From Lama glama (Eukaryota), in the NCBI GenBank assembly GCA_028534125.1, contig CM052816.1:54066001-54130000 (forward strand): a stretch of 64,000 nucleotides of DNA. The letters run 5' to 3'. Positions 55,050 through 64,000 of the stretch are shown in pieces (positions within the stretch are counted from its first letter, which is position 1; the number at the start of each line of letters is the position of its first letter). Made by a program: the position numbers and the translations under genes. The notes under the pieces are model-generated. The model did not search any database, was not told the origin of the DNA, and saw only the letters and a program-made list of their open reading frames with translations.

Positions 55050-57550
55050 ATTTGCTTTTTTTGTTTTTTGTTATAGACTCACAGAAAGATACAAAAAATG
55101 TTCAGGGAAGTCTCATACACCCTTTACCATTCCTCCTACAATGTAGCATCTTGCATAATTATATTATAGTATCCAAACCATGAAACTGACATTGCTGTAC
55201 TACAGAGCTTATTTATATTTCAGTAATTATACATGTACTCATTTGTGTGTATGTGTAATTCTACATAATTCCAACACATGTGTAGCATGTGTAACTACTA
55301 CCACAGCCATGATGGAGAACTATTTTATCACAAGACTGCCTTGTGCTATTTCTTTATAGCCCCTGTCCTCTCCACCCACTAAATCCTAATTAACACTCTT
55401 CCAAGAATGTTGGAATGGAATCACACAGTATTTAACCTTTTGAAATTGACTTTTTCCACTTAGCATAATTTCTTGAGATCCACTGAGGTCACTGAGTATA
55501 TAGTTTGTTCCTTATTATTGCTAAGTAGTAGTCCATGGCATGGATGTACCACAGTTTAACCATTGAAGGACGTTTGGATTGTTTCCAGGTTTTGGATGAT
55601 ATGAAAAAGGCTGTTGTGAACATTCATATACAATTTTTTATGTGAACATTAACTTTTTTTTTTCCTGGGATAATTGCCCAAGCAATTTCTGGGTCTTATT
55701 AGTACATTTTTTGTTTTAAGAGAAACTACCACCCTCTTTTCTGAGTGGCTGTACCATTTTACATTCCTACCAGTGATGTTTGAGTGGTTCCATTTCTCTG
55801 CAATCTGACTAGCATTTGGTGTTAACAATTGTTTTTAGTTTTAGCATTTCAACTTCTATGTAACATGTGAGGTGGGTTACATGGATTAATTTTCAATATT
55901 GAGCTAGCCTTGCCTACCTCCTTAATCACTTGATTGTAGTGTATTATTCTCTTCATTGCTGTATTAGATTTGCTAATATTTTTTGAGGATTTTTGCATCT
56001 AAGTTTATGGGAGATAATGGTCTACAGTTTTCTTTTTTATATATATTGTATTAGTCTGATTTGGGTGTCAGGTCAGTACTTATCACATAAAGTAAATTGG
56101 GAAGTGTTGCCTCCTCTTTTCTTGAAGGATTTATGTAAAATTGGTGTTAATTCTTTAAATATTTAATAAAATTGTCCAGTGGAAGCATCTGGGCTTGGAG
56201 AATTCTTTTTCAGGAACTTTGAAACTACAAATTAAACTTCTTTCATGATTACAGAACTATTCAGTTTATCAGTTAAATTTTGGTGGTTTGTAGTTTTCTA
56301 GGAACTAGTCCATTTCTTCTAGGTGGTTGAATTTATAAGCATTATGGACAATATTATAAAATTACTTACAGTATTTCTTTTTTCTCCTGTTGGTTGCAGG
56401 ATTTGGTGACATTCTCTATTTTGTTACTGATATTGGTGATTTGTGCCTTCTTACTTTATATTTGTCAGTCTTAACCAGAGGTTTATGATTTTTTTTTTGA
56501 AAAAAAAGCTCTTTCTTTTTTTCCCTCTGTTCTTTTCCTGTTTTTAATTTTACTGATTTCTGATCTTGTACTTATTATTTCCTTTCTTCTGCTTGTTTTG
56601 GGTTTGTTTTACTCTTCATTTTCTAGGTTCCTGAAATAAGAACTGAGATTTATAATTTGAGTTCTTTCCTTTTTCTTAATCTGAGCATTTAGTGCTCTAA
56701 ATTTCCCTGCACTGCTTTAGCTGAATCCCACAAAATTTGACACGTTTTCTTTTCATTTTCATTTATCTATGTATTTGTTTCCTTGAGACCTCCTTATTTA
56801 CCCATCAGTTATTTATAAGTATGTTGTTTCATTTCTAAGACTTAAAAGGTTTTTCTGCTATCTTCTGTTATTGATTTCTAATTTTGTTCCAATATAATCA
56901 GATATGTACTATGTATTATCTCGATACTTTTAAATTTATTGAGGTTTTTGTTTGTTTTGTGTTTGTCGGTTTTTGACCCAGGACATAGTGTACTGCGATG
57001 AATGTTTCATGGGTGCTTGAAAAGTATTTGTATTTTCCTTTCTTAGGTAGAGTATTGTATACATGTCAATCAGATCTTTTGGTTGGTGGTGTTACTCAGT
57101 TCTTTTATCTTTGCTCTTTTTTTTTTCTCTAGTACTTCTTTAAATTGCCAAGAGTTGGGCATTGATATCCTCAACTGTATTTGTGGATTTTTTTGTCTCT
57201 CCTTTTAACTTTATTATTTCTTGTTTTATGTATTTTTGAAGCTCTTTTGTTTAGTATGTACACATCACTGTTTTCTTGATGGATTGATCATTTTATCATT
57301 ATGTAACACCCCTCTGTGTCCCTCATAATTTTTTTGCTCTTAAGTCTGTTTTATCCATATTAATATAACCACTTCTCTTTTTTTAATGTTTACATGATAC
57401 ATCTTTTTCCATCGTTTTATTTTTAACCTATTTTATTATGTTTGAAGTGAGTTTCTTGTAGACAGTATATAGTTGGATCCAATATATGATTCTCTCATTT
57501 TCAGCTGGTGAATTTAGACCATTCATATTTAAGTAATTACTGATATGTCA
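55050..57550 (-). mobile_element. Old L1 (L1MB/MC-like), 3' UTR plus non-contiguous ORF2 portions
   Basis: L1 antisense text (ggatgtaccacagttt, gaggatttttgcatctaagttt, gtgagtttcttgtagacagtatatagttgg). Confidence 0.75.
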
Positions 57551-57684
57551 GGACTTAGCGCCCAGATTATTTCTGACACTAGGAGTCTTCTTAACATCCT
57601 TAACCATTCATCAGTACCCACAAAACACAAGTCAAGTGAATTAAGTGAATTCTTTCTCTCTTTTTCTTTCTTTTTTTTTTATCT

Positions 57685-57930
57685 TCAGCATGGTGACTGG
57701 GTCCTAAGAGAAGGGTTTCCCAAAAGTGATTATCTAGGAGGCCCATCTGGAAGCTACAAGGCTTCTTAAGACCCAGCTTCAGGTCTTCAGTCCTAGAATG
57801 CCACTTCTGCCACATTCTATTGGTCACACAGTGCCAAACCAAATTTAGTATGGCAGGTGACTGCATAAGGGTAGGAATACAGAGATGAGGATCACTTGGG
57901 GCCAACTTGGGTACTGACTGTCACTACCAC
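57685..57930. mobile_element. MaLR LTR fragment
   Basis: gccacttctgccacattctattggtcacaca...ggatcacttggggccaacttgg. Confidence 0.65.
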
Positions 57931-58099
57931 TAATTCACATGCTAGAGTTGAAATCAGAGTCACGATCCTTTCAACTAGCTAATCACTCTGGGACTTGACT
58001 TTATCATTTGTAGATTGAGGAGATTAGACTAGATGACCACTTACGTCCCTTCTGATCTATGATTTTTTGTCTATTTCTATGTCAGAATATTTGTATATC

Positions 58100-58295
58100 T
58101 TTTTTCCCCAGCTTTATTGAGGTATAGTTGATGATTTGAAATTGTATAGATTTAAGGTGTATAACTTGATTTGATAGATATTGTGAAATATTGAGCACAA
58201 TCAAATTACTTCTAACTTGATTTAATATATATTGTGAAATATTCACCACAATCAAGCTACTTAACATATACATCACCTCATATAGTTACCATTTG
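58100..58295 (-). mobile_element. L1MA-like 3' end containing an internal ~51-bp duplication
   Basis: cagctttattgaggtatagttga...; diverged units at 58162-58212 and 58213-58262. Confidence 0.75.
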
Positions 58296-59594
58296 CTTGC
58301 TTGCTTTCATTCATTCATTCATAAAAGGATTTTTTTGACATGTTTATTAGCACTTTACCATTTTACCACCATGTAGGAAAGACTTAACCATTATTCAAGT
58401 AATCTTTGACTAATCTTGAGCTCAGTTTGACAAACTAATGCAGTTACCATTGGTTCCAGAGGTAGCCAATATCAAATATAAGATGGTCTATACATTATCA
58501 TAGGTATAGGGAGCCCTGCGGGAGTGATTTGGATCACTAAAGAAACTAGAAATCTTGTTTCAATTGATCAACAGCAAAAGAAATTGACTTTGGCTTAGAT
58601 TATTTCACAGACTCTTCTTTCTGAAAAAATGAAGATCTGCGAGTTAGGGCTTTTCCTTTCCAATTTATATATGTTTGATTATAAAAGAAATTGATCAGAT
58701 TTTAGTTCAGTAGCTTATTCATTGTTATAATCTGAGCCTTGCTGAGCTTCCCCCAGCTTCCATTTTACCTGAATAACTTTCCCTCCCCAAAATCATAACT
58801 TGTTTTAAAAACAATAAAATATGGGTAGGACTGCATCTTGTTGTGTTCCTCCAAGATTCCTCGTACCTCATATTTGTGCCAGGATCTTGACTTAACCTCA
58901 GCCTTGCCATAGTCAGCACTAGAATGAACTGGCACTAGAATGAACTGAGTTTATCCAGATATTTTAAACAGAGGCACCAGTCATTTGAGTGATTTCCTCC
59001 CAGGGGAACACTTTGAATGATAATACTTTTTTAGTTTATTAAGGTATTTTGAGGGGTGTCTTTACTGTATAATAACACCTTACATACTGTCTTTTAAAAT
59101 TATTCCTGATAGTTGTAATTCATTATAGGAAAGTAAAGTATATGATTTATAGCCTTGATAGAGATGTGGTTTATGGATCCCAAATCATAGTTATCACTAC
59201 ATAATATGCCTTTGGCTCCCAGTGGCACTGTCCTCTTGAAGCAGTGTGAAGTGTTTATTTTCATGTTTATTCTCCTATATGGGTTGAAGGATGATATCTT
59301 CTCTTTTTCATCTTTCTATCCCCTGTACCTGGCATCTTGCAGATATATAGTAAGCTTATTGTATAAACTGGGGCTGTGTATAGGAGAGACTGAGCTTTGG
59401 CCCTACTTAAGTCAAAGTCCTATTTTGATAGACTAATTGAAGAGTTTTGCTCTCTACTAATGGATAGAATAATAATGGATAGAAGTTATTTTGAGCAGTA
59501 TTATTTAAAGTTCATTATAGTGACAACACTAAAGCTTCCCAAACAAATTTTAGAAGTATACATTTTGGCTTATCATGTGTTTGACCTAATTCTT

Positions 59595-60502
59595 CTTTTT
59601 TTTTTTTCAAGCATTTTTTTTTTACTGAGTTATAGTCATTTTACAATGTTGTGTCAAATTCCAGTGCAGAACACAATTTTTCCATTATACATGAACATAC
59701 ATGTATTCATTGTCACATTTTTTTCACTGTGAACTTCCACAAGATCTTGTATATGTTTCTCTGTGCTATACCATATAATCTTGTTTATGTATTCTACATA
59801 TGCCTGTCAGTATCTACAAATTTCGAATTCCCCATCTATCCCTTCCCCCCCACCCCCCGCCCCTTGGCAACCACAAGTTTGTATTCTATGTCTATGAGTC
59901 TATTTCTGTTTTGTATTTATGTTCTTTTTTTTTTCTTTAGATTCCACATATGAGCTATCTCATATGGTATTTTTCTTTCTCTTTCTGGCTTACTTCACTT
60001 AGAATGACATTCTCCAGGGACATCCATGTTCCTGCAAATGGCATTATGTTGTCATTTTTATGGCTGAATAGTATTCCATTATATAAATATACCACATCTT
60101 CTTTATCCAGTCATCTGTTGATGGACATTTAGGCTGTTTCCATGTCTTGGCTGTTGTAAATAGTGCTGCTGTGAACATTGGGGTGCAGGTGTCATCCTGA
60201 AGTAGATTTCCTTCTGGATATATGCCCAGGAGTGGGATTCCTGGGTCATATGGTAAGTCTATTCCTAGTCTTTTGAGAAACCTCCATACTGTTTTCCATA
60301 GTGGCTGCACCAAACTGCATTCCCACCAGCAGTGTAGGAGGGTTCCCCTTTCTCCACAGCCTCTCCAGCATTTGTCATTTGTGGATTTTTGAACGATGGC
60401 CATTCTGACTGGTGTGAGGTGATACCTCATTGTAGTTTTGATTTGAATTTCTCTGATAATTAGTGATATTGAGCATTTTTTCTTGTGCCTATTGATCATT
60501 TG
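59595..60502 (-). mobile_element. Young 5'-truncated L1
   Basis: ORF 60044-60523 is an open ORF2 C-terminus ([26 protein letters not shown]...); TSD gacctaattctt (59583-59594) / gacccaattctt (60503-60514). Confidence 0.93.
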
Positions 60503-62017
60503 GACCCAATTCTTTATATTCATTTTATCTTGTTTAATTCCTTTAAGCTATTCTCAAGGAAAGTACATAGGGGAGGAAATAAGAATCGCTTACCCAATGA
60601 AATATCTGAGTCACTCATTTTTCACATGTATTCAAACTAACAAGGTACACAAAAATAATTTAGTGGCAGTGATTAAATATTAGGGCATAATATGATTAAC
60701 TGTGAAATAAAGTCACGATCCTATGTTTGAAATTTCCAACTTGTACCTTAGTAGTAAAGGAATTATCAGTTCGGCAATAGATTTTCACCTGAGGAAAGAG
60801 ATATGGATAGAGAGCAGCCTTGTATATTATAATTCTTATTTTTATTTACATTGTGAACTATGACAGAACTATTAAGAAAAGGAAGAAAGTAATAAGATTT
60901 ATTAAAGTTTCTGTTAAAATATAGTATGATTACCATTAAATTATGTCCTCCCATTTTATTTTAGGTGAGCTAGGTAATAAAGCTTCTTGGTTAAAGTTCA
61001 GATTTTGTACCCATTTAACTAAAGGTATTGACCTAACATTATTTTTTGTAAATAAACATTTAAATGATCTCATGTCTCTTTCTAAGACTAGTTTAAGGAA
61101 ATAAAGCTTCTTCTACCACCTTTGAAAAAAGACTTATTTGAGGTCCAACATCTGACACTCATATATTTACTCTCTTATTGATTGGGTTTCCCAGTCATCT
61201 ATTTGACTTTTTTTTTCTTTTTCTGTGATTTGATATGTTACAGTCCAGCTTCAGATGATGGATTTTTAAGTTCAGAAATATCCTCTAAAGTAAAGATTCC
61301 TATGTTTAATTCTGTAGTATCTGTCTTCACAAGGAATAGACAGAAGTAGAAGTTCAGATTCAGAGGGGCGCCAGGTTGGTAATTTGGATCAAACTGCATG
61401 GGGAGAATAATCTCTCTCCTAAAATGAAGCACAAGGATAAGTAATAACTTTTTATGCATGATAAGCATCAAAAATATGAACCTGCTGGTCTTTGCTTTTC
61501 ATTTTTCTTTACCTCTGTCTTTCAGTGAGAACCTCCTGCAGTGAGCACACGATGTGATCAATAACTCAATAACTTTCTTCATGCAGTAATTATCTCCATG
61601 TGATATTATCTGAACACGGTTTTTCTTTATTACTCAAAAGATGCAGGAGATACTTATATAACCAGCTGATCCCATTTTGGATAAAGGTGCTTTGTGACAG
61701 CAGGAGAAATAGTTTATTTTAAATAGCCTTTTTAAATAAATGCTGTATAAAAAGCTTTTCCAGTTAATTTTCACTTAGTGTGAGAAGGTGATTCCCAAAA
61801 AGGTTTAGGTCTAAAACTTGTACTTTGTGTATTTCATAGTATGACAGTCATTCTTCCTAACTTCTAATAAGCACAGTTAAAATCAAAATATTGAATCATT
61901 TAACATAACCATAATTTATTTTCTGATTCCTCTAAATCACTCTATATATTTTCAGAGGTGTTAGCTAAACACATAGGTTCTACCATCTCTGCATGTCTCA
62001 CAGAGATTCTCTTATAG

Positions 62018-62104
62018 GCGGAGATCCTGCAAGAGTCCCGCATGATGATCCCAGATTGCCAGCGCAGGTTGGAAGCTGCATACAGTGACCTTCTGCAATT
62101 ATTA
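62018..62104 (+). CDS. TBCA: TBCA coding exon 3, 87 nt, phase 0/0
   Basis: Acceptor ctcttatAG|GCG and donor TTA|GTAAGT. Translation AEILQESRMMIPDCQRRLEAAYSDLLQLL continues in frame from exon 2 (...IKKQ-AEILQES...). Not in the ORF track. Confidence 0.97.
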
Positions 62105-63974
62105 GTAAGTAATAGTTATGTATCTTATGTTTCACTTTTTTTTTCAGTCTAATACATGGAAGGCCAAGATTTTAAATATTTAACACTGAAAGCTAGTTGG
62201 TGACATTTTGTTTGCTTGTTCAGTATATCAGTTTATTTTTAAATAATTAATGGAGTTTAAATGGTATTTTAAGTTATACCTCCAGTAAAAGTACTGTGTC
62301 TAGCATGTTTACTTTTTATTTAAACTTAGTTAATTAAATGTATTTAAGTTATTAGGGTAGGTATACATACTAGTAATATTGTACAGCAATATCTTGAATT
62401 ACTTGGTTTTCATACATGAAGATCTTTTTGGACACATTAAAGGTGAGTAGTCTGTCTAAAATTTTAAAAGATCCAAATATTTCCAATGAATTTGGGCCCT
62501 TTTAAAAAAGTTTTGGAATTCTTTCTGATTCAAACCTTAATCTATTTGAGAGAGGGGGGAAAAGATACCCTGCAATATATAGGCAGACCCCTCATATTAA
62601 CCTAGAGCTGGATAACACTGTTATCATACTTGGCTGGTATAAATGTCTTGTGATACAGTAGCAGAATCACTTTTAAAGGGATTCTAAGAAAAATGAAAAG
62701 TCATCTTATTTCTTTCTTAGTAGAGTTGAAAGCCTAATACTGTATGCAAGCCAATTGTTACTGCTGCTTGATGATAATTTGATGAATTCTATCATTTCCT
62801 TTACTAACCTCATTTTATGTTTCTAGTTTGTGAGCTAATACTTATTTCTAGCTACATAGCTGTCTCCTGATTCATTGTTCCTTATATTACAAAAATAATG
62901 TGAGGCTTTTTCAGGATGAATATAAATATGTATTCCTTGAAAGAGAATGAGATCTGTTTTCCCACCAAAATAATATTAGGACTAAATCTGTAGAAAAAAA
63001 GAAGGAGAGAATTACTCACATTTTACTTTACTTTTGACACAGAACTCATATATATCTATAGGAACCTTTTAAAGGCAGGGTAACTCTCTCTAAAGCCAAA
63101 AATGAAACTTTGATTTTAAAATAGAAGATAGACGAAAGCAGGAAATAATTACTGTATTAAAATATTACCTAAAACAGAAGCATCATTTGTGTCTCCTAAC
63201 AATTTAAATACTTTTTTCTCTCATTAATCTAGTTGCTGAGAAAGTAACAGAAATTGCTTGAAAAAATAATACTGTCTTTGGATTGATATATTTGTGTTTG
63301 AGATATATTCAGCAGTATATCTATTACCCTCAAAGAGCTTGTATTTCCTGACAGAGAACAAACACATGTTTAGGTGTAATATGGAGGTTTAAGAAATTAT
63401 TACCTGTAGTATGAATTAAGCAAATCCTCAGTCATTTTTGCTTTAAATTTTCATATTAGATGGATACACACACACTTTATTCCCTCTGCTCTATAACTGT
63501 TTGTGTGTCTCCATCTTTTATTGACTTGATGTGAATTGCTGACCTTAGCTGCATTTGTTTATTAAAAAATCAAACAATTTGCCATGCACATTAACTTAGA
63601 TGATGTTACTTTATTTATCTATTACTGTTACAATAGATTAGTCAAATTTTTCTGTATATAGTATGGAAAAACTCAATCTTTAAATATCAGAAAATGAAAG
63701 ATACTAGTAGTTTGTTTCCTTGTAGTAGGGTACATAATACTCATTAACAAGCAGACGGTTCACTTTTCTGAGTCAAAGATTGTATTAACTCTAGTGTGAC
63801 ACCTTCTTTGTTGTGAGTAGTTGGAGGATTATTTTAGTCTGAATGTAAACAAATTTTTGCTTTTAGTGCATTAGTAATCTCATTTCTATGGCAATGTGGT
63901 GACAAAGTGAGAATACATTTTTTAAAATTTTTCTGAGGTTTCAGTTTAATTACTTAATGCCAATAGCTTTAGAT

Positions 63975-64000
63975 GACCATGCTTTTTTCACTTATTGTAT
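63975..64000 (+). other. Probable polypyrimidine tract upstream of TBCA exon 4 (exon outside window)
   Basis: Window ends gcttttttcacttattgtat, ~1.9 kb after exon 3, similar to the short last TBCA intron I recall. The AG and exon are not visible. Confidence 0.4.

Noticed and set aside
60044..60523. 159-aa cysteine-rich protein gene (also 9598, 11708, 46912, 50192)
   Set aside because: C-terminal fragments of L1 ORF2 in 5'-truncated copies with no promoter.
63690..63710. gaaaatgaaagatac as the start of TBCA exon 4
   Set aside because: Similarity lasts only ~10 nt, there is no pyrimidine tract, and the expected EEAEEYKEA continuation is absent.

Overview
Mammalian genomic DNA, probably camelid (Vic-1-like tRNA SINE, several young L1 3' ends sharing one 3' UTR). 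It is AT-rich and repeat-dense, with two 500-N scaffold gaps. The only supportable gene is TBCA (tubulin-folding cofactor A) on +: coding exon 2 (51250-51355) and exon 3 (62018-62104). Exon 1 is not seen and exon 4 probably begins just past the window end. The rest is intronic: L1, L2, MIR, MaLR, a MER34-like ERV1 provirus and DNA transposon relics, plus an apparently repeat-free CpG-retaining block (~31.0-32.1 kb) that looks like a conserved enhancer, possibly for the neighbouring OTP gene. Main structural finding: the contig between the gaps (2961-22658) appears inverted and circularly permuted. Its ERV 3' LTR precedes its 5' LTR, and its central L1 is a chimera whose two target-site duplications match, in reverse complement, the broken L1 halves outside each gap. 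An L1 at 7371-7950 shows both a 5' inversion and a 3' transduction. No prokaryotic-type system, CRISPR array or novel coding gene is supported. Repeat family names are from recall of consensus sequences, not from a search.
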